A DNA stretch of 63,470 nt, the filler included, from Welwitschia mirabilis (taxonomy: Eukaryota): NCBI GenBank assembly GCA_051453625.1. It is 4 parts of one record of this genome, joined end to end, with 100 filler letters (N's around TTAATTAATTAA, not from the genome) between each part and the next. Parts side by side here need not be neighbours in the genome. Positions count along the whole stretch, not along the records: positions 1 to 23,439 come from JBOZIK010000001.1; 3 more parts are not named here. One strand, written 5' to 3'. This document shows, piece after piece, positions 1-12,573 of this stretch. Both the position numbers and the translations under genes were made by a program. Numbering within the stretch: the first letter of the stretch is position 1; each line of letters starts with the position of its first letter. The notes under the pieces were generated by a model that saw only the letters and a list, made by a program, of their open reading frames with translations, did not search any database and had not been told where the DNA came from.

Positions 1-1699
1 AGCATTAAGTGCCTATCTAATATTCTTATGCTAGTACTCTTTTGCCATCACTATGGTAAAGTAACTTCTTAAAAAATTTGAAGACCATTAATCCTTATTA
101 TTTAACATTCTACGTTTCTCTATGCCTAAGGAAAATCTGTTTCTTTGTGTTAGCAAGAACTTATTTCCTAAGCCCCAAAACATTAATGTTATATTTTCAA
201 CAAAAAAATTAAATTGTCATATCTAAAAATGAAAAAAATTGCATAAGGAATATGGTTTTTTTTTAAGTGGCTAAGATAACAAGGTCTTCTGGCCACTATT
301 TTATCTATCATAAAGCATAAAATTATGTTATAATATGAATTACCCCATTAAATTTACTACTATATAAGTTTAAAAATAAAAATATTAATATATATTCTTT
401 TGTGTTTTTAAGACCTCTTATTGGAAAATGTGCAAATAAAACTGAAATTTCAAAACAAATTCCACTTTGTGCTTCCCTTATTGGTATATTATTTTACACA
501 TTCTTAGGAAAATTACTTCCCTTATTGGTTTATTTATAAGAAATGATGCTTGCAAGAAGGACATGGGAGATAGAATATATANNNNNNNNNNNNNNNNNNN
601 NNNNNNNNNNNNNNNNNNNNNNNNNNNNNNNNNNNNNNNNNNNNNNNNNNNNNNNNNNNNNNNNNNNNNNNNNNNNNNNNNNNNNNNNNNNNNNNNNNNN
701 NNNNNNNNNNNNNNNNNNNNNNNNNNNNNNNNNNNNNNNNNNNNNNNNNNNNNNNNNNNNNNNNNNNNNNNNNNNNNNNNNNNNNNNNNNNNNNNNNNNN
801 NNNNNNNNNNNNNNNNNNNNNNNNNNNNNNNNNNNNNNNNNNNNNNNNNNNNNNNNNNNNNNNNNNNNNNNNNNNNNNNNNNNNNNNNNNNNNNNNNNNN
901 NNNNNNNNNNNNNNNNNNNNNNNNNNNNNNNNNNNNNNNNNNNNNNNNNNNNNNNNNNNNNNNNNNNNNNNNNNNNNNNNNNNNNNNNNNNNNNNNNNNN
1001 NNNNNNNNNNNNNNNNNNNNNNNNNNNNNNNNNNNNNNNNNNNNNNNNNNNNNNNNNNNNNNNNNNNNNNNNNNNNNNNNNNNNNNNNNNNNNNNNNNNN
1101 NNNNNNNNNNNNNNNNNNNNNNNNNNNNNNNNNNNNNNNNNNNNNNNNNNNNNNNNNNNNNNNNNNNNNNNNNNNNNNNNNNNNNNNNNNNNNNNNNNNN
1201 NNNNNNNNNNNNNNNNNNNNNNNNNNNNNNNNNNNNNNNNNNNNNNNNNNNNNNNNNNNNNNNNNNNNNNNNNNNNNNNNNNNNNNNNNNNNNNNNNNNN
1301 NNNNNNNNNNNNNNNNNNNNNNNNNNNNNNNNNNNNNNNNNNNNNNNNNNNNNNNNNNNNNNNNNNNNNNNNNNNNNNNNNNNNNNNNNNNNNNNNNNNN
1401 NNNNNNNNNNNNNNNNNNNNNNNNNNNNNNNNNNNNNNNNNNNNNNNNNNNNNNNNNNNNNNNNNNNNNNNNNNNNNNNNNNNNNNNNNNNNNNNNNNNN
1501 NNNNNNNNNNNNNNNNNNNNNNNNNNNNNNNNACAAAAAAAGTAAACCACACACTGTAAATGCTCTCTGCAAAAAGGTAAAGAATGAAATCTTTCCTATA
1601 AATGCTCTCTTTGCAAAGCCAAGGCCATTAATACCAAGATGCAGTTGAATAAAACTTTAAAAACAGAAATCATGGACAAAAAATACTTAAAATGGTATT

Positions 1700-2237
1700 A
1701 TGGTATGTATTTATACAATTATTTATAACCAAAAAGATCCTATCATTTACAAATAAAATAGATATCTTACATAACACAACACACTAGTATAGTCAGGAAT
1801 GAACACGAATGTTGTATCTCATTGAAGACTTATGAGAGGGGAATAAGGATTGATTTGCACAAGTAAATGGTGACCAAACTTAAGAAAAAAGCAAAAAGTT
1901 AAGATGCAATGCAAAAGTAAAATGCAACTAACTAAATGCAATGCAAAATAAATCTAAAATACTTCCCTTAGCTTTAATAAATGCTACCCTTAAGATCTAT
2001 ATCACCAATGAAATTGTCACTAGATCAAGGGAAATATAAACCATAAGGGACATCTGAAAAATCTAAATGCAATAATGAAAACATAGTTTATATTAAATAG
2101 GAACTAGCATTTGGGTTAAAAAATAGTTGGGCCTCAATGGAGGATGCACAGCCCTTCACCAAGGGAATTTCTTTATGCAATGCTTGAGATGGATCTCTCA
2201 TCCTTTGATTTCCTACCCTAAGAATTTTTAGTGCATT
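1700..2237 (-). mobile_element. Athila-like LTR, left part, split by the 2238-17836 insertion
   Basis: Matches family LTR motifs seen in the other copies (aaagatcctatcatttacaaataaaatagatatcttacataac; gggcctcaatggaggatgcacagccc). The LTR sequence resumes at 17837. Confidence 0.8.
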
Positions 2238-4147
2238 TGTAATACTCCAATTTTTAATGTAGAATTTTTTATATCATTATTACTATTTTACATTTGTCAT
2301 GAATTGGAGCTTAGTTTAACCAAAATACTAATTTCAATGTACAATTAATTTATATCTTTATTTAAAGATTTTGTGGAGGACTTTGATGATTTGTTTTTAA
2401 TTGTTATAGTGGGTATGTAATGTGATGAATTTATAAATTATGTATTAATTTTATGTGAATTAAATAATTTTTTTACCATTAGACTCATTAATTAATATAG
2501 CTTATTTTCTGGTTAAAGTTCCTTATATCTATTATGATAATTGGCAAATGCACCCAAATGGTAAACTAATTATTCATGTCTTTACTCCTTATATTAATAT
2601 CTAAGCCTACTGTTTAGCTCTTTGAATTCTTTATTTTTTTGCCTATAATATATGGCAGAATACTTCAAATGAAGTATAATAATTAATGGATATATAATTA
2701 AGTATATAAATGATATACGATATAAATAATAAATATGAAAAATATAATATATATACCTAATTATGTATTTTCTATATACATGTATATTTATGTAAATGAG
2801 TATAGTTTTTAGATAAGGGTCTTAATAAAAGAAAAGAAAGGCTAAGTAGTAGGTGAGGAAGTAGTTGAAGAACTAAAGAATTTGATGAAGGGAGTCGATG
2901 GATTACCAAACTCACTATCATGTATTGATAGGAGGCATAGTGAAAGAGTCTCAGTTTCCACTTAGAAATTGTAGATAAATCAGTAGCAGTAGCTCAAATC
3001 AAACATCAGATTTCAGATTCATTTTATGCTTAGTACTTACTTCTCTATTTTTCCTCTCCCTCTCACACATGTACTTCCCTTCTCCAACACGGATTTACTG
3101 CTTTTTCTCTTTCTTTGTAATTCCTTCAAACAAGTCAAAGTTTTTAAATGTAGGCTTTAGGTTTCTCTTGCATCGCTGTATAAATTACTATGCTAAATTT
3201 TTCTTTAGAAAATGGCAAGCAAAAAATCTATAGTATGAAGGCTTTCACAACTACATTTTCATCCCTACAACTTTAGCATAAAGTAAGAGCTAAGAGTAAT
3301 AAGGGATGGATGGTATTTATGCTGGCGAGTATGAGAAGAACTAACTCTAGTGATTGCATGGGCTAAAGACATGGAAAATGCACAGGTACCATTAAGATCA
3401 TAGATGTAAGCATGCATACGAGCAGATAGAGAAAAAAGGCTTTTTTATTCGAGCAATCTGTCCTTGAAACACACTGTAGCATAGGCATGTGATGCTCATG
3501 AGAGTCTCTTCTAAACATCCAAGACTCTAGCATAGGAAAATGGTAATACTCGAGAGCTTTAAATACAAAGATTTCCTTTGGACTTGAAGGATCTTAAGTG
3601 AACCGAAGATGCCTCATAGAGTAGTCAAAGGAATGGAACGCGACTATCATGAATAACTAGTTTTCGATTTGCTATTCCTTATGACATAAAAAGTCTTTAT
3701 GATAGGAGGTGGGTGATACAACTCCTGGGATTGAGAACTAAGGAGAAATGGATTGTATGGTATTCTAGTGTAAGTTTAAGAATGATATGGAAAAACCAAG
3801 AGCTAGGACCNNNNNNNNNNNNNNNNNNNNNNNNNNNNNNNNNNNNNNNNNNNNNNNNNNNNNNNNNNNNNNNNNNNNNNNNNNNNNNNNNNNNNNNNNN
3901 NNNNNNNNNNNNNNNNNNNNNNNNNNNNNNNNNNNNNNNNNNNNNNNNNNNNNNNNNNNNNNNNNNNNNNNNNAGAACATCATGTAAATAACGGAGCAAG
4001 CAACAGAGAGTAAGTGGCTTGAAGCTACAAATGACATGGAAATGCAGAGAGGCACCAAAAGGCATGAAATAATGAAACAGTACAAGGTAGAGAGAAAAGG
4101 CACGAGGCTATTCGATAACATAGACTAGATTGTGCGGTGGCACAAAG

Positions 4148-4548
4148 TGTTAAAAATATAAGTGGGTGTTATCCCATATTGATGAAATAGAAGGCCTTGA
4201 TCATAAATATAAAACTTGTAAATCACTTCACCTAATGCCAATTGGTTTTGAGTTGGAACCTCACTTGCTTTATATGTGCTCAGGCCAAATTATAAAATTT
4301 ATTATGGTATCAGAATGGGTTGCTCTTGGGTCATCGCAATAATGAGCAGCATGATCATTATACCTCCTCGTGAGTCATCACAATAATGAGTGGCATGGTC
4401 ATATGTTTGGCTGAGTTAGCCTACATGTGAGGGGGCGTGTTGAAAATATAAGTGGGTTAAAATATAAAACTTGTAAATCACTCCACCTAATGCCAATTGG
4501 TTTTGGATTGGAACCTCACTTTCTTTATATGTGCTTGGGCTAAATTAT
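4148..4548 (+). mobile_element. TRIM (terminal-repeat retrotransposon in miniature)
   Basis: LTR1 4148-4304 and LTR2 4438-~4548 share tgtt(a/g)aaaatataagtggg...cacctaatgccaattggtttt...ggaacctcac. PBS TGGTATCAGA at 4305-4314, PPT GTGAGGGGGCG ending at 4437, ~133 bp non-coding interior. The end of LTR2 is truncated. Confidence 0.85.
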
Positions 4549-4729
4549 GTTGGGATATGCTATTTAACTCATTAAATGCAACCCAAAGCCATTCAAAATA
4601 TAACTTCTAAAATTAATGACAATGTAGCAATTGCAACAGAAATAAATAACTTATTCTAAATGAATGTGAGAATCTTTCTGCACCAGCACAAGGGAAAAAT
4701 TTAACACAACATACTTCAGGAGCCACACT

Positions 4730-5207
4730 GGTAAAAAGCATAGACAAAGAGGCTAGGCAGAGAAGAAATTTTACCAAAGAAATAACAAAAGTTAGTGTAA
4801 AAAATAAGATGGAGAGAAACCATGCTGGTGTAAATGCTAGCGATAATGCACCGATGGAAAGCTGTAACTCAAAAAGAAAACCATCTATTAAAGATGAAAT
4901 TTTTGCATGATGAAGGATGAGTATGAGCTAGGAGGCACTTTCTCTGTACAGAGACATTATAAGGGCAATGTGGTTCTCCTTTGACCCAACTAAAAAGGAA
5001 TTCTTTGGCGTGATATTTTTGGAAGCTAATGTCTACAAGGAGTTCGAGGAGGTACATCATGAGACCAATCCAGAAATTCTTATGCAATTGCTTATTAGTG
5101 GGAGTAATGCTATCCAAAAATCCATTGATATGGTAGTGGAGAAGCATTGCCAAATTTTGAAGAACGAAAATAAAACGAATTGGATGCTCAGAATAGGACA
5201 ACATTAA
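4730..5207 (+). pseudogene. Fragment of a plant Complex1_LYR-motif family gene, lying inside an LTR
   Basis: From 4932 reads EALSLYRDIIRA, then in a shifted frame (W*)PN*KGILWRDI, then ANVYKEFEEVHHETNPEILMQLLISGSNAIQKSIDMVVEK. This matches the plant LYR protein pattern EALSLYRDILRA..WPD.RGVLWRDVL..NARKEFE.AR.E.DPE...RLLIGG.DA. Contains stops and two compensating frameshifts. Confidence 0.75.
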
Positions 5208-5599
5208 TAGGCTTCATCATGTGCTATGCATAATTTAGAGGGTTTGGTATATCTAGAAAGGTTGTCAACATACTTTTGAAGTCCAAAAGGTATGTTTCTA
5301 TAATAATTTTGATAATGTTTTTCCTTTAGTTTCTATCTCTGAGAATAATGTAATATTCAGAATCATAAAATACTTATTAGGACAAACAATAAGATTTAGC
5401 CCAACCTTTATGACTATATTAAGTCTTTAAATTAATTATTCATTTTATTAAAAATAAAAGTCCCTTCAATATTAATTGGTGATCCAATCTTTGGCTTACA
5501 AATGTTTTAATGCTATATCTATTATATTCATAGTCACCATACAGATGGCTTATTAAATGTTTCTAATTATCCAAGTAATTTTGTCTATAGCTTGTATAA

Positions 5600-7480
5600 T
5601 TCTACGGTGAATACTTAATTTGTATCAATCTCATCTATTATCATGTTTATATTACTTATCTATACCATTGTATCTTCATGTCCTTTATATCTTTTACAAT
5701 TTATACTTCATAATTTACTACTTGTATAAATGTTTCATACCTGTTAACAAATATATAACAACATATAAGCTTAAACATAAAGATATAATTATATTGTATG
5801 ATATTATATCTCATATACATTATACTATTTTTCACATGTATTATGTTACATATTATACCATAATATCTTATACCACACATATATTATATTATATTACACC
5901 ATATGTTATAGTACATTATATAGCATTATATTAAACTAAATATTGTGCATCATAATATATTGTATATATGTTAAATTATACAATACCATATTATAATATA
6001 TTTTATCATATGTTTAATATTACATATACATTATATTATGTTGTATAACATTATATTATATAATGTAATGCATATTATACTGTATTACATTTCATTATGT
6101 TATAATTGTATTACACTACATAAATATTAAAATGCACTATGATATGGAATTTTAGATTATGTTATATTATATTGTGTAGTATGTTCTACATTATCTTAAA
6201 GTATATTATTGTATCACATATTATGCTATATTATATTAAATCATATTCTTGTGATATGTATTATATTATCTTATATTAAATTATGTTATGGTATATTGTA
6301 TTGTTGCTTCATATTATATTGCATTAAATCATGTCATCCCATGTGCATAATGTGCATAGTAATACATTATATTCCACTATAGAATATGCTCAATAAAATG
6401 ATATTTTAGACGGTGTTGTCTCATATGGGAAGTATTACTTATGTATTGTATTACATTATATTATAATATACTATTTGACATTGATATATTGTAATATGTT
6501 ATATTGAATTATATTTCATTATGTTAATTTATACAAATAATGTTACATATAATTAGATTGTAATTACACCATATTATTATAATATTTCATGTTAGGTATT
6601 ATATCCAATAAATTAAATCACTTATGTATCATATTATATAATAGTATATGCATTATATGCATAATATTATATTACTTAAGATTTAATTGCATCATATGCA
6701 TAATGTTATAAGTGTATTATAAAGGTAGATATTTTTATTGTGAAATTTATTAGAGGTACTAGTATCGATTTGATCAATAAGATCTTACATGATACATACT
6801 CTTATTTTTATCATCAATCTAACATGCAACTCTATACAAACTTATGTGATAGCCATATTGTGATTTTACATTATTATATCAAATTTATAACACATGTATT
6901 ATATTATATAATACATATTTATATATTATAATATATTAATTTAGATTATATTAAGTTATAATACAACATTATTTTTACCTTGTGTTATATTATAAATAGT
7001 ATATCATAGATNNNNNNNNNNNNNNNNNNNNNNNNNNNNNNNNNNNNNNNNNNNNNNNNNNNNNNNNNNNNNNNNNNNNNNNNNNNNNNNNNNNNNNNNN
7101 NNNNNNNNNNNCTTATGTTAAATTATGTTAATGTATATTATTTGATATTTAGTTGCCTCATATGCATAATGTTACAACTGTATTATAAAGGTAGATATAT
7201 TTACTGTGAAATGTGTTAAGAGGTACTAGTATCAATTTGATCAATAAGATATTACATGCATACATACTCTTATTTTTATCATTAATCTAATATGCAACTC
7301 TATACAAACTTATGTGATAGCCATATTGTGATTTTAAATCATTATATCAAATTTAGAATATGTATATTATATTATATAATACATATTTATATATTATACT
7401 ATATTAATTTAGATTATATTAAGTTATAATACAACATTGTTTTTACCTTATGTTATATTATAAATAGTATATCATAGATA
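5600..7480. repeat. Low-complexity ATATT/ATTAT-like decayed pentamer tract within the LTR (continues 9780-10170; counterpart 14170-15120)
   Basis: Visible tattatattatattac-type runs; the same tract occurs in both LTRs. Confidence 0.7.
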
Positions 7481-7499
7481 TGCTACATTATACAATATT

Positions 7500-9777
7500 C
7501 TTTTTAAATCATTGAGATATCTCCATTCATGTTACTTATATGAGATGATTACATTACAAGATATTGACTTGGAGTCATTCATCTGGTCTCCCAATCACTA
7601 TAGAAAAGACTGGGTCACCCTTATAGAAGTCTACATTTCTCAAGAAATCTTAAATCTCTATTCATCAGGTTCTCTCTCCAGAGCCCCTTCAGTCGGGTGT
7701 GAATCTCAAACTGTATTTGCTTATAGTGTTCAGTCACTTCTAATCTTTTACTTTAGAATATTCTGATGTTGTGTTCATTCCAGACATGGTAAATGATGGC
7801 TACAATGGAGGTGCTAAGAATTTTATGTTTCATTCCACTTTTTCTGCAAGCATATGTGAGCATCCTTGTCCATGATTTTAATGAGTTTGGAATAGTATTG
7901 TGCCCAATCCAGGTTATTACTTTCTACAGAAGATCATTTGCCCATGGACATTAAAAGTAAAGGTGAGAAATGGATTCCAAATTGTCATTACACAGCACAC
8001 AGTTCTGGTTCGTTATTTGAAAGCCTATTTGAATCATCCTTTATATTGTAAAGAGCCTATCTTTTACTGTAATCTAAAGGTGGAATGAGTGCCTGGGGAC
8101 ATTTAATCTTCCCCATACAAATTTGGCTAATGAAAACTTCAAATCTACCTTTGTTGGCTCCTTATAATAGATTTGTATTAGGAATTTTCTTTGTTGGTTC
8201 TAAAATTTAGGCCTGGTGTGAAAGACTTGATGTGCTTTCTCTCTCAATTTTAGAATTTTCCTCCAATGTCAGCTAATGTCACGAGGTGGATAGTATGTCC
8301 ATATATCTATTCCTTTTAAATACACTTCATGGACCCATTTAATCCAAAGTGAATCTTTTTTCTTATGGATAAGCCACAGGTACTTTATGATTGTCGCTTT
8401 GTTCCAATGCTCCATGCTTTTGATGTTAAGGCCTCATTTTGACTTTGGAGATCAAGCTATATCCTAGCTCACATGAGCTTTTTTCAAAGTATTCTTTTAG
8501 CTCCATAGGAAGGAGCAGCAAATTGATGTAATTCTCTTGATAAATTCTTTGGAAAATAAAAAGATTTGAGCCCAGTAGACTTGTATGGAGAATAGAACTG
8601 AATTTACTAGTTGGCATATTCCTGCATAGGATAAGTGTCTAGTGGACTACAAATTTATTCTACTTGTTATTCTATCAACGATGAATGAATAATCATCTTT
8701 TGTTCATCTTATGGGGGAGAGTGTCATACCTAGATATTTCATTGGGAAGCGCCCCTAGTTAAAGCCTATTATGGAGAATATCTCCTTTCGAATCTTCTCA
8801 CTAACACTGCCAATATAGGTTGTGAACTTTTGAGTATTTGCTTGTAGTCCTGAGCTATTTGAGAATTCCCCAAAGGCCTTCATAAGGATATGCACTGAGG
8901 GAGCGTTGGCTTTAGAAAAGAGGAGGAGGTCATCTGCAAAGCATAAGTAAATCAATTGTGCATTCTTACACATAGGGTAAATCCTAAAGTTAAAGTTTTT
9001 GGTCATCATTTTCAAATTTCTAAATAGGTACTCCATGCCAATGACAAAGAGGAGGGGAGATGTTGGGTCGCCTTGTCTAAGTCCTCTTTTTCCTTTGAAT
9101 AAACCATGTATACCATCATTGAAAGATAATTAAAATGTTGGGGATGAGATACATATCATAATCCACTTGATAAATTTCTAGGGGAACTTTAATCTTATGA
9201 GCATGTTTTCTATAACTTTCCACTCAATGCTAGCGTAGGTCTTTCTAAGGTCAATTTTGAAGATGCAGCATGGAGAAACATTTTTTCTCTTGTAGTGTCT
9301 TAGCAGGTCTTAGCATATGAGTATATTGTATGTGATGGACCTCCCCTGTACAAATGCTCCCTGATTCTCATTGATGATAGTAGGAAGGATGAGCTTCATT
9401 CGGTTGCTAAGAATTTTAGTGATGGCCTTATACACTGGGTTGCAGCATGCTATTGGCCTAAAATCATTTGCATTCTGTGGATTTTGCACTTTAGGTATCA
9501 GTGCAAGTAATGTACAATTCAGCTCCTTTGGTAATTTGCAAGTTTTAAAGAAAACTTTGATGGCTTTGCAAATGTCATTTCCTATTATATCCTATGCCTT
9601 TTTGTAAAAACCATTCCCATAACTAGTTGGCCCTGGGCTTTTGCTTTCATTTTTAGAAAAGAAGGCATGTTTTATTTCCTTATTGTCAACAGGCTTGATA
9701 ATCTCAATTTGCTGCTTAATGCTGAGCAAGGGGCCTGCTCTACAAATATCATGGTTAATTGGAGTTATTGTCTGCTC
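7500..9777 (-). mobile_element. 5'-truncated L1-clade LINE (ORF2 RT plus zf-RVT, pseudogenised)
   Basis: Minus strand reads KRGLRQGDPTSPLLFVIGMEYL, LCFADDLLLF (8755-9036), CVLCNDNLESISHLYF.CPWA and IYHVWNEHNIRIF. A 15-bp TSD ACATTATACAATATT lies at 7485-7499 and 9778-9792, and is single-copy in the other LTR (~14755). Confidence 0.93.
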
Positions 9778-10896
9778 ACATTATACAATATTATTTTATA
9801 TTATAATCACATTATAGTATATCAAATTAAATATAATAGGTTATAGTATCTTGTGATTAGAATATCATATTATACTACAATTATAGTATTATATTATATT
9901 ACATTATAGCTATACTAGATTACATAATAATATTAGTGTGGTATGTATGGCATATTATCTTAAATTACATTGCATGTAGAATATATTATGTTGCATATAT
10001 ATAGCATTATATTATGTTTCATAATAGATGTAATATTATATTATTTTATAACATGGTATTTCATATGCATATTCTACTATACCATATGTGTATCATTATA
10101 TTATCTCATAATAGGATAACCCATATATATATGATATTATATTATCTCACAACAGGATAACCCCTATATATAACACTTCAAGTATATCTTGTAAAAGGAG
10201 ACATGCTTTATTCTAAAGAAAAGATTAGTGTTAAGAATAGATAATAATAAAACTAGTATTTAGACAAGACTAAATACTCATCTTGATGCCTTAAATGCTA
10301 TTGTTAGTATAGTTATCTTAATAGGATGCTTTCTCATACTTAGTTACTCAGTAATTAATTTTATAATGAATGATAGATGTTGTTAGTTATTGACTAATAA
10401 TCATGTTGTTTTCAATACGATTGATGTAATTATATTATGTATGGTTTAGTTATCTAATGATGCAGGTTTAGCACTTTCGTTAGTATCTATGATCATCTTA
10501 ATATGCCTTATCACAATTCAGGTATTTAGCTTAAACTTATTTCTTTACGTATCCATGCTTATAAATTGAAAATTCTTAAGTGGTATTTGTTATTTTGTGT
10601 GTAAAATGATGCATGATTAGTAATTTTTCTATAATACTCATTGACAAATAGCTAGGCATATAATTAGCTTCTCTTGTTCTTTTACTTCTATCGTACCGAG
10701 TCCTTTGAGACTGGTGATCTAATTTAGTGGCATATAGACTAGTTTCCTTTGGGTATTTTATATATTTACATATTACTAGAGTCATTATATTATATTATAA
10801 AAGGAGCGGCCATGAGGTACCCCTGTTATGTTGGCATATGTGTGTGTATACTTATGTGTAAATCACATTTCTGCATAATGTTATATTATTGCTATA

Positions 10897-11160
10897 TCCC
10901 TCCCATTTGCTGATACTAAGATGAGGGAGAGATTAGAGGGATCTCTTTACATACTTAGTTGATGGATCTAATAATGGTTATTTATATATTTTCTTCCCTC
11001 CCATTAGCTGACACTAAGATGAGGGAGAGATTTGAGGGATCTCTTTACATGCTTAGTTCATATATTTACTAATGATTATTTATATATTTTCTTCCCTCCC
11101 ATTGGCGTAGACTAAGATGAGGGAAAGAGTCGAGGGACCTCTTGATAGGCTTAGCTTCTA
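10897..11160 (+). repeat. ~97-bp tandem repeat x3 in the LTR (also 15815, 16458-16585, 16930-17100)
   Basis: Unit ccctcccatt(g/t)gctgatactaagatgagggagagat..gagggatctctttacatgcttag. Confidence 0.85.
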
Positions 11161-11904
11161 TGTGTCTAATGGATATTTTGGCTAAGTGACCAGAGGGTTT
11201 ACTATGATTTTTAGATACTCATATATGATTTATGTTAATATATATATGAATTGCCATTGTTCATGCATTAGAATTCATTATTAGGAATGATCATTATGAC
11301 CTCGAGAGTTTTGACTAGCTGTCTCTTATATTTTTAAACATAGTTATTGATGCTTATGTATATATTTGTGTGAGTAATACATTTTGGTGATATGTCATTT
11401 CATATGTCATAATACTCTTTTGTACTTGAGTTGGATATTTCATTCTTGCATTAGTTTATGCTTAGTTCTGCCCTATGCCACTCACACGGACTACCCTGAT
11501 TTATCATACGCTCATGTGTATTGGTGGAGATGGAAATGAGATCCAAGATAGAACTACGTGTGGTCTGATTTCCTCTGAATGAGGATATGTAGGCATGGTT
11601 CCTTGGCTATTGATGTAACCAACCATTTGACCATAACTTACACACTCCTCTAGTGTGTTTTTAAATAATATTTCTAAATAACCATAAAATGGAATATGAT
11701 ATTAATCAAGTGAGCTATCCTCATATAGTTCTCATGAGCTATATTCTATGGGAGACTAAGAGGTTAGTTTCTTAGTTATAAACTAATTGATTCACTACAA
11801 TGTTTAATCGTGTCTTGTAAGTTATTTTTGTTTTAAGTATACTTAAAAAAGAATTTATGCTTTTTGTATTTCTTAAGTCTAGCCTAAGACCAGGTTGTAA
11901 CAGT

Positions 11905-11916
11905 TGGTATCAGAGC
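11905..11916 (+). promoter_or_regulatory. Primer binding site (tRNA-iMet)
   Basis: Exact TGGTATCAGAGC, 2 nt after an LTR-terminal CA. Confidence 0.9.
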
Positions 11917-12467
11917 TTAGGTTTAACCCTTTACTTAATCAACTTAATAATTAATTTATCAGAGTAATTACTTAGTTTTTGGGGTAAAAACCTTTTAAGA
12001 GGAAGAAATGTAATACTCCAAATTTTGATGTAGTATTTCTTTTAATTATTATTTTCCATTTATTTATATGATGACTTTAAGCATTGTTTAATAAAAGAAT
12101 TAGATTTAAATGCATGTTTAATATATAACCTTATTTATGATCTTATGAATGTCTTTTGCTGATGTATTTTTGATTAGTATAGTAGGCATGCAACGATTTT
12201 ATAAATTCTCTAATGATGATTCGATGCTTTAATAATTTTTTTATCAGACTCATAGATTATTATAGCTTTTATAACTCCCTGATAAGAGTTTTATATCCTC
12301 TATATTATTAGAAACACGCTTTAAATAATGAACTAATTATCCATATTTTTGCCCTTGTATTAATACTTGAGCCTAATGTTAACTCTTGAAAATTCTTTTT
12401 TCACACCCTCTGTAATATATGTCAGAATACTTGAAATAAAATATAATAACTAATTGATTTATAATTA

Positions 12468-12483
12468 TGTGTGTGTGTGTGTA

Positions 12484-12530
<47 letters not shown>

Positions 12531-12573
12531 ATTGATATGAACAATAAATATGATATATATATATATATATATA
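12468..12573 (+). repeat. (GT)n and (TA)n microsatellites
   Basis: Direct reading. Confidence 0.95.

Noticed and set aside
49-480. CACTATGGTAAA as a possible CACTA TIR with sub-terminal repeats
   Set aside because: No partner TIR or TSD is visible and the repeats are too degenerate.
467-1648. Long ORFs in the track (also 24890-25669, 3697-4121)
   Set aside because: They are open only because they cross N runs.
5620-5934. Tyr/Ile-rich ORFs in AT-rich tracts
   Set aside because: Translations of low-complexity repeat; no coding signal.
6640-7480. Apparent ~370-bp tandem duplication flanking the 7012-7111 gap (similarly 50370-50600)
   Set aside because: Redundant sequence on both sides of a gap is a typical scaffolding or haplotype artefact.
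10897-11160. Repeat-spacer appearance suggestive of CRISPR
   Set aside because: The 'spacers' are homologous to each other, the context is a eukaryotic LTR, and there are no cas genes.
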